Source: Eledone cirrhosa (lineage: Eukaryota). From it: a stretch of 64,000 nucleotides of DNA. The position numbers and the translations under genes are program-made. Shown here in pieces: positions 42,270 to 57,714 of this stretch. The DNA lies in NCBI GenBank assembly GCA_964016885.1, contig OZ024750.1, forward strand, positions 50,282,001-50,346,000. The letters run 5' to 3'. The notes under the pieces were generated by a model. It searched no databases. It had not been told where the DNA came from and was given only the letters and a program-made list of their open reading frames with translations. Each line of letters starts with the position of its first letter. Position 1 is the first letter of the stretch.

Positions 42270-44760
42270 CGAGAATCATTCGGTTTCCTAAATAGAATAT
42301 TAGTCTACGACTTCATTTATACCATAAACGTGGTTTTGTCTTTGCGTGTAATTGTTCTCATCGCTCTACATAACGACGTATTATATTCGCTTTTTTCCGT
42401 TCATTGCCAGGAAACGTCTTCACGAACCAAAGTATCGTCTTCCTGTTTTCCTTCGGTTGCAACGTTTTTCGATATATTTACTTCTGCGTTCTTGGATTGA
42501 TTTTTTTTAGTTTCGGAAAATCCCGTTTAGGGTGAAAGCAGCGATTCTTTGCTTAAACTTTAATCTGTTATTCTAATAAATATCTGCTCTAGGGTTCTTA
42601 TATATTTGATATATATTTATCCTTATCGAGCCCTCTTTGGATTTTAGTCTTCACATTTATTAGTATTACTATTTCTCTCCCTCTATTGACTTATATTCAT
42701 CATGCAAAAACAACACCTGAATATTTCTACCCGTACCTAGCTGGAAAACTTTTGATTCAGAAAACTTTTGATTCAGAAAACGGATTCGTTCCTTAAACGG
42801 TTACGTTGGCATGCCTTTTATTTCGATAACCAGGTAAAAGCGGACAATAAATGTTGGTTTAAAACCTATAATAACCCTCCGAGTAACCCAGAATTGCTAC
42901 CGTTCGAAAATCATGTCCTGGAATTCATACGGAGTATCACATTTCGGAATAGGAGCAATACTTTCAAGCAGAACATGAGGAATAGAATTTGTTCTATTAA
43001 GGATTCTAATGCCGAGCACATCCACTCCGACAAAACTGACAATCTATATCAAGTGGAGCACAGTACTTACCATTAACTGCTACATAATGCTGTAACTAAG
43101 GATTACCGGAAATCCAATCGGAGTGTCATTAATGACATCAACGATGCCGGATTTGAAATCACTTCTGAACTCAATATCCAGGACCGGACTGAATGCCTGG
43201 ACCCTATTTCTCCCCACTTTACCCTGAAGGATCACAAACCCAATTTTGCCAACAACTCCTCTATTCGGCTAATTAACCCTACGAAGTTTGACTTGGGTAG
43301 ACTTAATAAAAGGATTTTAGATAGATTTATACCTGAAATTAGAAGCTTGGCCCCTCTTGCACTGTGGAATAATAATTGCGAGTTGATTGATATGTTCAAT
43401 GGCATATACAACAAGAAACATTGCCGTTTTATCCAATTCAACATCAATAACTACTACTCCTCCGTCACTTTACCACTTTTACTTAGAGCTATCAATTTCG
43501 CTAAATCGCTCACGGTGGTTAAGGATTTCAAAGTTGATTTCATCCTTAATGCCCGTAAGTCGTTGATTAATTTCGACAACCCTATTTCGATAAAAAAATC
43601 TAATAGTACTCCATTCGACGTGAGTATAGGCGGCAGCGATTCGGCGGAGGTTACAGATCTTATCGGCCTTTTCATTCTTTTCTCTATCAAAGAAGAATTC
43701 CCCAATGTGGGCGGTGGTTTGTACCGCGATGACGTTCGTTTGACCATGACCGAATGCGGTCCACGCACTTGCAACAGGTTCAGAAAAGAACTCATCGCCT
43801 TCTTTAAAGGTTTCAACCTCTCCATACAGGTTGAGGCCAACCTCTCGGTCGTTAATTACCTGGACATTACCCTCAATTTGTCGAATGGCTTACACTACCC
43901 GTATAGAAAGCCGAATGATAGGCTTAATTACATAAGTAAGCATTCTAACCATCCTGCCAGCATAACCAAGAACCTGGTAAGAAACGTTTCTTTGAGGCTT
44001 TTCCGTCTAACTACAAACGAGCATATTTTTACCGACCATACCACACATGAGCATAGACAAAGGAAAAATAGATCCCGACACATTATATGGTATAACCCAC
44101 CATATAATATGGAGGTGACCACACCATTATCTAAGATCTCTATTTCCCTTATTATGAAGCATTTCCCCTGAGCACATAAACATAGCAACATTTTTAAAAA
44201 GAAATACCATTAGAATATCTTACTCTACGACTCCTAATCTTTCACACAACATCACTGCTTCAAATTTGGCTAAATTATCTAGCCGTAGAAACACGAGCAA
44301 CCTGTAGCTAGTACTAACTGTAAGTGTAGGAATAGGGTTGACTGCACTCTATCCGGGAAATGCCTCTCCAGTAACATTGTCTACACATCTAAGGTCGAAA
44401 CATCCATGTCCCGTAGGGTCTACATAGCACATAGATTCAAGCAACGTCTTTACATGCCCACCCATGCTTTTCTTAACCCTTTACGAAGGAATATGACGTC
44501 ACTTTCAGCTTAAATCTGGAGTCTAAAAGACAACCACACCAATATAGATTACACTGGGAGATGCTAGCTAAAGATAACGGAAATAAAAAAACCATGTGAT
44601 CTTTGCGCCGCTGAAGCCCTGGGAATACTCTACGCCAATGACCACATTTTAAACAAAAAATCTGATGCAATTTCGGCTTGTAAACACAAATTGCATAAAA
44701 CTTTCCTGTTTTACAGCCCCACATTATACCCTAACGGATAGTCCAATGCGCGGATAATTT
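42270..44760 (+). mobile_element. Near-complete decayed Nematis-type Penelope-like element (RT and GIY-YIG)
   Basis: FLKRLRWHAFYF, SDKTDNLY, TLKDHKPNF...RLINP.K, FIQFNINNYYSS, GLYRDD, VNYLDITLNL, PYRKPND, SNHP, IWYNPPY and decayed GIY-YIG. Its 5' region 42270-42670 recurs at 48497-49340 and 39080-39160. Confidence 0.9.
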
Positions 44761-45404
44761 ACGTCTTGATGTGGTAGCTAATTATATTTTATGGTTATAC
44801 CCTAACTTATTTGTATACGTAGGTATATCTTACCCGTATGTTTTGTGAAGGTACGTATAATTTCTCGTACGTATATATGCTTGTATTTGTTATAGGTGTA
44901 TATATTAAATTATATATATATTATATTATATATATATATATTATATTATATATATATTATATTATATAAATGGTTATGTGTATATGTGTATTTCCTGTTT
45001 GTGCGGGTATGCGTGTATGCGTGTTTGCACGTATGTAGGGTATGCAAATGTGTACTCTGTGTTTTGGTTGACGTACATTCGGTGAACATATGTGTATTTA
45101 CTTGTAGGTATGTCTGTGCGTGCGCTATTTACGTACTTATGTGTGTATATTTATATATATTTATATAATTATTGTATACACGTATACACATATATATTTT
45201 TTTATATGTATTTGGTGTATATGTTCGTATACGTGCGGGTGCATTTGTCGTTTGGGTTTATGTATGTGTGCGCGTGTTTATGTGTACGTGCAAACCCTAT
45301 TGTCTGTAGTTACTATTAATTTCACCTTAGCGTTTCTGATCCATTACGATTTGATCGCATACATGTATATGCCTGTGTTCATTTTTCTTTTTTGTTCAGT
45401 TATG

Positions 45405-45458
<54 letters not shown>

Positions 45459-45465
45459 TTACATT

Positions 45466-46195
45466 TACACAAACTAGACAAAGTGATAGATATGTGGCTC
45501 AATGATGAATTAATAAATTAAATAATCAGAGCAATATACTATAAATTATGTCCCTAGAATCATTTGATAAGATATCTACTCAATTTCCTCTCCCAATTAG
45601 CATAATGAACCATACAAAACCCAATTAAAATAGGCTATAAGATTAAAAGGCACCTGTGTAGAAATAATAGATAAATAAACGATAGCCATTTATTCGCGAT
45701 CAACAGCCATAGAATATTTACCCATCCTTTCAATAGCACGTGGACATCGATTAAATATATCGTCAACCATACACAATTAGGTATAAAATTAAAGTTAGAC
45801 GAAAAAATGCATATACACATACCAGGATTTCGTTTCTACCCTTAGGGTTTCGTTCGCTTTCGGAAATATCCTATCATGGATAAATTCTTGAGCTTCGAAC
45901 TCATCAGGAAACAAACTCACTTGAACAAAAATTTTTCTTAAATGATCCCCGCCAGAAACGAATTCAAAATGGCTAAGAACTGTGACGTCGCAGTGGTCAA
46001 GTCAGAAAGAATGTCAGAAAAGAACGGCTAGTAGGCTAGTTGCTAGAAAAGAAATTGAGTATATATCTTATCAAATGCTTCTAAGGACATACTTTATAGT
46101 ATATTGCTCTGATTATTTAATTTATTAATTCATCATTGAGCCACATCTTGAATGGTTGCCAAAAACATATCTATAACTTTGTGTAGTTTGTGTAT
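45466..46195. mobile_element. ~730-bp non-coding element bounded by ~120-bp inverted repeats with a central HHR
   Basis: 45466-45586 vs 46051-46195 are reverse complements. HHR at 45829-45915. Confidence 0.7.
45829..45915 (-). ncRNA. Intact type I hammerhead ribozyme with extended stem II
   Basis: TTTGTTTC-CTGATGA-GTTCG...(TATCC ATGATA GGATA)...CGAAC-GAAA-CCC TAA GGG-TA-GAAACGAA. All core nucleotides canonical; GUA site between 45837 and 45836. Confidence 0.85.
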
Positions 46196-46584
46196 ATATA
46201 AATCTTTATATTTGATAATCTCCCATAAGGTTGAGATGCAATTTGGGGAATATTAGGGTCGAATCCTTATCCCCACAATCTGTTTCCTGTCCCTAATCTC
46301 TTCCTCTCTCACTTATTTTTTAAGTATTATTCTTTATCTTTTATCTGAAATTTATTTTTGTAATTCTAATTCTCTGGGATTTTACCATACCTCTTGCATT
46401 TATATACATATCATATTTTTAGTGTCTCTTTTCATATCAGTGTTATCTCTACCGTCATCACTACTTTACACATCGACTTACTCACCACTATAACTTCAAC
46501 TACCACCACAACTACAACTATTATCAGAAATCTATTTTTTACGTATTGTTTACATCTTTATCATTTTGATTCTAACTTCTTTAG

Positions 46585-46750
46585 GGTAGGACGCCACTCT
46601 TTGGCGCATAAAGTTACGGCCCTTGACAGTCTGAGTTCAATTCGCGTCGAGGTTAACTTTGCCTTTCATCCTTACGGGGTCGATAAAATAAAGTACCAGT
46701 AATGCGCTGGTTGATTTCTGGCCTTGTGCCCAAAAGTAGAAACAATTATC
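46585..46750 (+). mobile_element. OK-like SINE
   Basis: Same body as the other copies. Confidence 0.8.
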
Positions 46751-46821
46751 TTTTATTATTGATGTTATTGTTTTAATTCTCTGATGTATCTATAAATACC
46801 AGTGCCATGTGTCACACCCTC

Positions 46822-46935
46822 CAGTATTCCGTTGATTTGATCAGAGACACACACTGTATTTAAGGTCGAGTGATGCAACTTCGAGTGATTAGCAGCCTTT
46901 AGACTCACCTGATCAATAAACAATTGTTAATACTG
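46822..46935 (+). ncRNA. Decayed hammerhead ribozyme with ~65-nt stem II insert
   Basis: CAGTATT-CCGTTGA-T TTGATCAG...CTGATCAA T-AAA-CAATTG-TT-AATACTG. The homolog at 36198-36300 (-) retains GAAA. Confidence 0.6.
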
Positions 46936-46981
46936 TAAATAAAACCCTTTTGTACAACCAACCATGTTATTCTTTCACTAT

Positions 46982-47036
<55 letters not shown>

Positions 47037-47054
47037 TCATATATACATATATAA

Positions 47055-47715
<661 letters not shown>

Positions 47716-47749
47716 ATGTATATATATATATATATATATATATAAATAT

Positions 47750-48470
<721 letters not shown>

Positions 48471-48496
48471 AAATACAAATATATATATATAAATAT

Positions 48497-49340
48497 ATAG
48501 TAATAATAATAAATTTGAAGACTAAAATCCAAAGAGGGCACGATAAGGATAAATATATATCAAATATATAAGAAACGTAGAGCAAATATTTATTAAAATA
48601 ACAGATTAAAATTTAAGCAAATAATCACTGCTTTCACCCTTAACGGGATCTTCTGAAACTAAAAAAATCAATCTGTGAAAAATATTTCGAAAATCGTTGC
48701 AAACAAAGGAAGACAGGAAGACGATACCTTGGTTCGTGGAAACGTTCCCTGGCTAAGAACGAAAATATTATATTTGGAGCGGTGAAAACAATTACACGCA
48801 AAGACAAAACCACGTTCATGGTATAAATGAAGTCGTGGACTAATATTCTATTAGGTGGTTCGTGGAGACGTTCCCTGGCAATGAACGGAAAAACGCAAAG
48901 AATCATTCGGTTTCCAAAATAGAATGTTAGTCTACGACTTCAGTTATAACATTAACGTGGTTTTATCTTTGCGTATAATTATTATCATCGCTCCATATAA
49001 TGACGTTTTATCTTCGTAAGTTCCGTTCATTGCCAGAGAACGTCTCCACGAACCACCTAATAGAATATTAGTCTACGACTTCCTTTATACCATGAACGTG
49101 GTTTTGTCTTTGCGTGTAATTGTTTTCACCGCTCCAAATAATAACGTTTTGTTTTCGTTTTTTGCAAAGGAACGTTTCCACGAACCAAAGTATCGTCTTC
49201 CTGTCTTCGTTCGTTTGCAACGTGTTTCGAAATATTTACTTCTGCGTTCACAGATTGATTTTTTTTAGTTTCAGAAGATCCCGTTAAGGGTGAAAGCATC
49301 GATTCTTTTCTTAAATGTAATATGTTATTTTAATAAATAT
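48497..49340. mobile_element. Inverted and tandem rearranged copies of the Nematis PLE 5' non-coding region
   Basis: 48497-48900 is the reverse complement of 42670-42290. 48900-49340 is forward with an internal duplication. Confidence 0.75.
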
Positions 49341-49348
49341 ATAAATAA

Positions 49349-49424
<76 letters not shown>

Positions 49425-49426
<2 letters not shown>

Positions 49427-49572
49427 CGAAGGAGGTGTGGTAAGGAACCAGGTGGACTATAACGCAACAGAGTACTCAATTACTCAATATTTAGGGTAGT
49501 AGAGTTGCTAACAGGAAAATGTTTGACCCCGACTGCAGAGCTCAAGCCGTTTCGACGGCTATTTCTGGACTT
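49425..49572 (-). mobile_element. Family C element (HHR 3' half plus tail)
   Basis: Minus strand GTCCAGAAATAGCCGTC-GAAA-CGGC TTGAGCTCT GCAG-TC-GGGGTC. Confidence 0.65.
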
Positions 49573-49636
<64 letters not shown>

Positions 49637-49643
<7 letters not shown>

Positions 49644-49921
49644 GTGAGGTTTTTTTTACAAAGTGAAAAATAACCGAGGTGTCCTACACGAGTGAAAGTA
49701 TAAAGAAAAAGAGATGAAATAGAAAATGCAACTGGAGTCTTATTTTTTTTTTAAATATATATATTTATTTGGTTCCATTAATGTGAGAATAACCACAGAC
49801 TCTCCATCTCAACTCGCCTTTTGAAAAGCAGAAGAACTGCGAAACCGGTAATGGAACCAAATAAATATATATATTTTTAAAAAAATAAGACTCCAGTTGC
49901 ATTTTCGATTTCATCTGTTTT

Positions 49922-49928
<7 letters not shown>
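49637..49928. mobile_element. Family B element, inverted dimer; U3-A8 HHR at 49817-49854 (+)
   Basis: CCTT-TTGAAAA-GCAG AAGAA CTGC-GAAA-CCGG-TA-ATGG. Arms 49700-49778 vs 49850-49928. Confidence 0.75.
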
Positions 49929-50008
<80 letters not shown>

Positions 50009-50987
50009 TATAGATATATATGCATGTATGTATGTATGTATATCCATACATACATATTTATGTATGTGCTTGTGTTGGCGTGTGTTTGACAGAGATAATT
50101 TCTGTGTGTAGCATATTGAAAGATTAGCGTTAGTGAGTGAATGACAAAGAAAATCCTCAATATATATTTATAGAGTGAATGTTTTCTTTAAGCTTAAATA
50201 TTTTCTAGCGATTCAATCAACTCACTTACACTGTCAAGACCTTCCTTGACTCGAGCGTATAATACATATCTTTTATTGAGATATCGCACAATGTGATTGA
50301 ACTCAGTGCATCATGAGTCCGAAGCGAACTTATTAACCCCTCAGACATGTATATATCCCGACGTGTATATACCGGTAATGTTATCTTGTACATATATACA
50401 AATATTTGCTCTGAAAGAGAAAACGCTATCCGAAGCTCTAGAATGATTATTGTAAGAAATGACGTTCTTCCCTGGAAGAAATCTATCGGCAAAATGGAAG
50501 TATCAAGAGTGATAATGTCAGAGAAAAAAAATTAATGAACGCGTAATCGTAGCGATTTCAATGATACCATAATAAAATGTATTAAACTAAAGAATTGCCA
50601 GCAGAGTAAACAATGTAGAGACGTGTCAGAGTGACCCATGATATGTTTCTTTGTTATTCTAAAAGTCTAGCGAGAAAGACATTATCAGTCGGAAAATCTA
50701 ATGAAAATATAGTGCAAGCTGGTCATGTTAGAGAAGCTGTCATGTCGAGAAATATGCTGATGAAATTTACATAAGAATGGAAGACAACTGTGGTTGTTAT
50801 TGTGTTTGAGACGGTGTAACAAACGTCAGACATGTTATTGTTGTTGTGGTGGTGTTGCTGCTGGTTGTGGCGACAGTGGTGGTGGATGGGGCTTGGGTGG
50901 TTGTCGTGTCTGCTTTAGTCGTTGTAGCTGGAGTGGTGGCCGGGCAGTGTTGTGGTTGGTATGATGGTTGTTGGTGGTGATGGCAAA

Positions 50988-51310
50988 GGCGTGTGGCTTA
51001 TTTTTAATTGTACGCCATTCACTTCGCAAAGTCGTGAGTTTAGTTCCGGACAGGGCCCTGTGTCTGTGAGCAAAACACTATTTTTCTATCACATTGCTCC
51101 AGCTCACTAATGAGGCAAAACATTAGCTGAACCTGTACATTCAATGTGCCAGCTTTGTGACACTGTATACCACACTGAACCTCCCCAAGAAGAGTGTCTA
51201 GTGTGCACGTGTTTGTGTAATACTCAGGCACTTGTGCGGTCCTTTCTCGAGCAAGCTGCTCAGTAGTTCATAAAATCTGAACACTTGCCCACGGAACCGA
51301 TGTAATTCCA
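50988..51310 (+). mobile_element. Decayed OR-like SINE
   Basis: ggcgtgtggctta...gtgagtttagttcc...gtgtctgtgagcaaaacact. Confidence 0.55.
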
Positions 51311-52544
51311 ACTCACCAATAGTGGCTGTAATTGATATAATGTCGTTCTTGTTTAAATTCATTACAGTCATTGATCATTCAAATATACGCTCAAAGACGT
51401 TCCTGCTGTGATCATCCAGTCCTATTTTTCGACTAGATTTTCAATGTATTCTGTTTAATTTAAGACTTCGGTAGAGTAAAATTTGAGGATGAATGGCTAG
51501 CACTCCGGTTAATAGTTACTTCAGTGGAACATTTGGTGAGATATAATTTGCAGTTTAATACAAAAGTATTGATAGAAGATGAATGAAATATTTCTGAAAA
51601 TCGATAAACTGATTGAGCAAGCAAGTGTTGAGGTTTTAATCACGACAATAAGAAACAGGGCCAGTGGCATGAATCGCATGAAATATATGGAATACGTCAG
51701 AAGATGGAATGAAACACTGGGGACGGATGAGGACTACATAGCAGAGAGAATTCAGGAAATAATTTCTCTCCCATTAAAGTTGAAGTAGATGGGGAAAATG
51801 TCAGCGTTTTTCATGGAGGAGAAATGCTATTTTATATATGAAATTGTGCGAGAATTGAATGAAACTAGAGGGAAAGGAATGTAGTGGCGGTGTCTGAGAA
51901 GCTCTGAATAGAAACTACAAAGAAGAAGATAATAAAAGTTTCAAGCATTTAAAGATAAAAGTTTATTCCCAGTGTGAAGTATGTAGGTGCATAGATATAG
52001 CAAAATTACGTTAAATACAACAGTATGAATGTTCTCACCAATTAGAGAAAAAAAGTGGAAGTTGCTACATAACGATAAAGACGTGTCATGGGCACACTGT
52101 CACCTAAAGATAGAAACTAAATTTCCTTCATATCACAACTTTCCACTTTTTAAAAGGAAAAGAACACATGCAAGATATTAACTGACAGGTATGACATAGT
52201 CAGACACATGCTAGAAACAGCAACCAAATCTCTTTAGTATTATGTTCCACCGTCTTATTAATTGGAAGACATATTCGACAATCACAGACACATGAGGAAA
52301 ACATATTGGAACGTATGCAGGTGTTTAGATAGAACAGAATTAATAGAGATAACAGGAGATTTTTAATTAAACGTTTTAGTTTTCTAAATTTAAAGATCAC
52401 ACAGTAGATATTACTGATTAAGGAATCCATGCCAAATCCGAATTATCTGCTAGAGAACTACAAACATACATCTCTCATAATACAAACTACAGTGATATTA
52501 TTAGAAGATGGATATTTCTGCAATGTAAATCTAGATATATTATT

Positions 52545-52735
52545 CGTGAATTGGCAGTATCAGTAGAGTGTCGGACTCCATGCTTTGACGCATAGAGTTA
52601 CGGCCCTTGCCATTCTGAGTTCAAATCCTGTCAAGGTTAACTTTGCCTTTCATCCTTACGGGGTCGATAAAATAAAGTACCAGTAATGCACTGGGTAATT
52701 GCTTGCCTTGTGACAAAAGTATAAACAATTATTTA
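52545..52735 (+). mobile_element. OK-like SINE, full length
   Basis: tggcagtatcagtagag A box, gagttcaaatcc B box and standard body. Confidence 0.8.
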
Positions 52736-53052
52736 TGAAAATATCAGACGTGGTGGTCTGGATGATCCACATTTTATTATACATCTGCTTGATGACAACA
52801 CGCCGTTGGCTGTACGAAAGCACAATAAAGAAGACTTCTTGCCCAGAAGTCAATGGACGAGTATTTGCGTTGTTAGTAACTTTGTTAGAAATATCAAGCA
52901 GATTTCCCTTATATTACACCGTACCCACTTCAAAACAAGAGGAACACATAGGATAATGTAGTCCACGTACACTAAGGCTGCAAATCAATTGGACATCCAC
53001 TTCATGTGAGTTTCTCAGAATAAACATGTACACGCTACCAGCACTCACACAC

Positions 53053-53131
<79 letters not shown>

Positions 53132-53133
<2 letters not shown>

Positions 53134-54380
53134 TGGAGAACAATTACTTCGTTTTCAATAACAAACCCTACAGGCAGAAATCTGGGACCGCTATGGGAAC
53201 GAAAACAGCCCCCACTTATGCCAACCTAGTCATGGCATACCTGGAAATCACCCTCTACACTAAAGTCCTAAACAAATTTGGAAACACCCTCCACTTACAC
53301 ATTGAAAGGAACTGGATGCGATATCTAGATGACTGCTTCATTCTTTGGCACGAAAACATCGAGAAACTTAAAGAATTTCACACCCTTATAAATGGGCTCA
53401 ACACAAATATTAACTTCACGATGGAATGCAGCCATCAACAACTCCTCTTCCTCGACATCCTCATTAAGATCCATAACGAACAAATAGAAACAGACATATA
53501 CTACAACCCACAGACTCCAAGCAATATCTTCCTTTCAACTCTTGCCACCCTAGACACGTTAAAATTAATATTCCCTACAACTTAGCCAAGAGAATCTGTA
53601 CTATAGTCTCCAATAAAAACACCTGCTACTTACGGCTACAAGAACTAAAGGACACACTCATAGGCAGGGACTACCGTGCATCACTAATTGACAATAGAAT
53701 CCAACGTGCCCTAAAACTCAGTACCCAGGACCTTAGACACCCTAAAGTAAATCAACCGAAACTAAAAGCTCTTCCATACATCTCCACACAACCCCCTCAA
53801 CAATGACGCCGTTGACACCATCCTCCAGAACATCCCTGTGTTGAAAAAGGACCATAGAATGAACCAAATCCTACGAACACACGATATCATAAAGAGCAAA
53901 AGACAATCTAAGTCAATGAAAAACATCCTAACACATGCCAAAGTACTGCCAACCACAACAACCAAACCCACAGTAAAAAAATGCGATAGACCCAACTGTG
54001 GCATTTGCATCAACCTAATAGAGGGTTCGGAATTCTATTTCAAAGAAGGACAACGTTTTATAGTAAAACACAATTTCACATGTGCATCGGAAAATCTAAT
54101 ATATGTATTAACTTGCTCAGGTTGTCGAGAACAATACATAGGCCAGACCAAAAACAGCCTCCGCCAACGCATGACTGTCCATAGATCCCACATTAAAATA
54201 CGTGAATACAGGAAAATACCACTGAGTGAACACATTGATACCTGTGCCGCCCAAAATCATCCCAGCTTCAGAATCTTTCCCCTCTACAAATTTAAAGATA
54301 ATGCCACCCACATCCAGCGCAAAGAAAGGAATCTTACTTTATTAACAAATACGGACCCCGTCTAAACACTTCTCCTTAAG
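53132..54380 (+). mobile_element. 5'-truncated Neptune-type Penelope-like element (RT C-half and GIY-YIG), few frameshifts
   Basis: NYFVFN..YRQ..GTAMGT..APTYANLVM, WMRYLDD, FLDI, CDRPNCGIC, FTCASENLIYVLTCSGCREQYIGQTKNSLRQRMTVH. Starts in (TA)n. Confidence 0.92.
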
Positions 54381-54488
54381 ACGAACCCACAACATACAAG
54401 CGTCAACATACATACCTACATCAGCACACATCTCTATCCACATATAAACACAATGACATACGTAAACACACATGTTCTATAGTGCAAC

Positions 54489-54578
<90 letters not shown>

Positions 54579-54957
54579 ATATATATATATATATAGTGAA
54601 TATATATATATATATAGTGAATATCATTTCACACCTTTTATTATTAAGGTTTTTGATGTTCTATTGAGAGAATCGATTTTACTGAAAATATCGAATAATG
54701 TACACCATTTTACCAAGGAAAAAAATACTGGTCCACCCACACACACACACACACATTCTCTCTCACACACACACACACATATATATGTACACACACACAT
54801 ACACACGCGTACATTAACATGCAAAGAGACATATACACACACACACACTTCTCCGTATAAGACAAGAGCTGAAAAATATCTTTTAACATGTTAAAATATA
54901 CCCCACTCACTTACAGACACATTCCTACTGACCATCCCTCTACCTCGAATTACTCTG

Positions 54958-55051
<94 letters not shown>

Positions 55052-55996
55052 ACACTTGTCTTAATAGGATAGGCATTTGAACTGTCAACAGGCTGCGGTT
55101 CGCACACACATCCCTGCTAACCATTATCACAACAACGAACACTTTACTACTACCACACACACACACACACACACACACATTTGTTGTGAAAGAGTAATTT
55201 CTCAGTCAGCCTAAACAAACCTACATTTGGCGCAAAATGAATTTTTTACATTCACATGACCTCTACCGACCAATCAAAATTGTTTTGACCACAAGAATTT
55301 TTGCAACACGAATTGGTGCAAAACCTATTTTAATACCGTTGGAGCCACTTTTTTAACATAAAAACAGGTAGAATTCCCAAAACTAATCAGATCAGAGCAA
55401 ACAAGACGGACACTCTATCTAATTATTTTTGAAAAGCATTTGAAATGCGCAACCGGTAAAACTTGAAACCAAAACTGAATACTAACCAATACAATTACTA
55501 ATTCTCACTTATTCCTAATTAAACTATTTTTCATTGTAAACAATATGTCAGCATTTTCTATTTCGTTTCCCAATATATATTATATATATATATATTATAT
55601 ATACATATATATAAATATATATATATATATTATATACTGAAGATATATAAATGCCCACCTAAATATATTCTTACATGAATATATGTTAGGCTTCTACATA
55701 ACCTGGAAACATTCCCCCAATTTGTAGAAAACTTATAATGAAACAATTGTTTGGAATGAGATATATTTTAACTTTAATTATATCTCATAAAATAATACAA
55801 CTGGCTTTCCACAAAATACATATAGTTAGCATCCCAAACACTTAAATTGGGTTTATACTAACATATAACCTAATGTTTGTTGAGTGAGATGGTTACCATT
55901 CAGAGTTTAGCTTTAAGCTATCTCTGTTATTGTATTAAATATATATATATATTATGAAAATAAAACAAAGAAGCCTTCAATACATCAAAAGTCTTT

Positions 55997-56041
55997 ATTA
56001 GCCAACACTGTTTCGACCTATTAAGGACTCATCAGGGCAAT
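55997..56041 (-). ncRNA. Minimal hammerhead ribozyme
   Basis: ATTGCC-CTGATGA-GTCCT TAAT AGGTC-GAAA-CAGTG-TT-GGCTAAT. Confidence 0.75.
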
Positions 56042-57669
56042 CAAAACCACAAGAAGTACTATCGGCCAATACAAGCCGAAAACTCCGAAGAATATGGAGT
56101 GTACATACACTAAAGTATTGGAAGATTATGGGTAAAAATATATAATAAAAATCACTAAGGATGTGTATAACATTTTGAACCATATTACAAATATTGTCCA
56201 AAGCAAAAAAACCTAGAGCTAAACAAAAGTGGTTATATAGAGCGGGAACTATATATAATACAATATAATATAATATAATATACTTGTAACAATATTAAAA
56301 TTAAAATTAAAATTAAAAATTAAAATTAAAAGACACAATATACATACATATATATGTACGCACACGTACGCACATATACATATACGTCAATACACATATC
56401 CATCATTAACAGCACAAATTAAACCTTATTAAGAGTTAAAATATAAATAAGCATAGTAGGAATAAAAATAATAATAATACGTATATCTAATATACAAGAA
56501 GTAATGAAATGATTAAAAGTAACACATATAATATATAATAAACTATATAATTATATAATATATAATATAATATAATAGATAATCTTCGGTTAATTTACAC
56601 AAACAATATAGATGTCACAATAATACTATAATAATAATATAATAATATATATAATATATAATGGCATGTAAGTTAACAAATCAATTCATATAGAGTTACA
56701 GAGTAGGTGAGAAAAAAAATATAAATTGTACAATACCCAAATTATGATGGTACAAAAATATAAACATCTTACATGATATATAAAATTTAACATATCATAA
56801 TGTTACATAAAATCAATGGTATGTAATAAGGATCAATAGTACAATAACAACTTCAATATAAAATAATGAACATAATATAATATATAATTACTTATAATTA
56901 CAAGGTTGGTAAACAGACATATATGTGGATGAGTGAATAAGGGCCAGACAAAAAATACAATGCACAGTATTATTAATAAATAAATAAATAAAATCAACCG
57001 GAAATTTTTTTCTCCCCTACACTGTAACTCTATATGAATTGATTTGTTAACTTACATGCCATTATATATTATATATATTATTATATTATTATTATAGTAT
57101 TATTGTGACATCTATATTGTTTGTGTAAATTAACCGGAGATTATCTATTATATTATATTATATATTATATAATTATATAGTTTATTATATATTATATGTG
57201 TTACTTTTAATCATTTCATTACTTCATGTATATTAGATATACGTATTATTATTATTTTTATTCCTACTATGCTTATTTATATTTTAACTCTTAATAAGGT
57301 TTAATTTGTGCTGTTAATGATGGATATGTGTATTGACGTATATGTATATGTGCGTACGTGTGCGTACATATATATGTATGTATATTGTGCCTTTTAATTT
57401 TAATTTTTAATTTTAATATTGTTACAAGTATATTATATTATATTATATTGTATTATATATAGTTTCCGCTCTATATAACCACCTTTGTTTAGCTCTAGGT
57501 TTTTTTGCTTTGGACTATATTTGTAATATGGTTCAAAATGTTATACACCTCCTTAGTGATTTTTATTATATATTTTTACCCATAATCTTCCAATACTTTA
57601 GTGTATGTACACTCCATATTCTTCGGAGTTTTCGGCTTGTATTGGCCGATAGTACTTCTTGTGGTTTTG

Positions 57670-57714
57670 ATTGCCCTGATGAGTCCTTAATAGGACGAAA
57701 CATTGTTGTCTAAT
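57670..57714 (+). ncRNA. Minimal hammerhead ribozyme
   Basis: ATTGCC-CTGATGA-GTCCT TAAT AGGAC-GAAA-CATTG-TT-GTCTAAT. Confidence 0.75.

Noticed and set aside
42260-42290. CTGAAG-CCGA..TCGG upstream of the Nematis PLE
   Set aside because: It lacks GAAA and stem III; at most a deleted remnant.
51579-51788. 69-aa ORF as a host exon
   Set aside because: No recognisable domain or supported splice structure, and the length is expected by chance.
55998-57713. Twin 67-aa ORFs as duplicated genes
   Set aside because: They are a by-product of the inverted repeat; the PDESLIGRN peptide is simply the translated HHR core.
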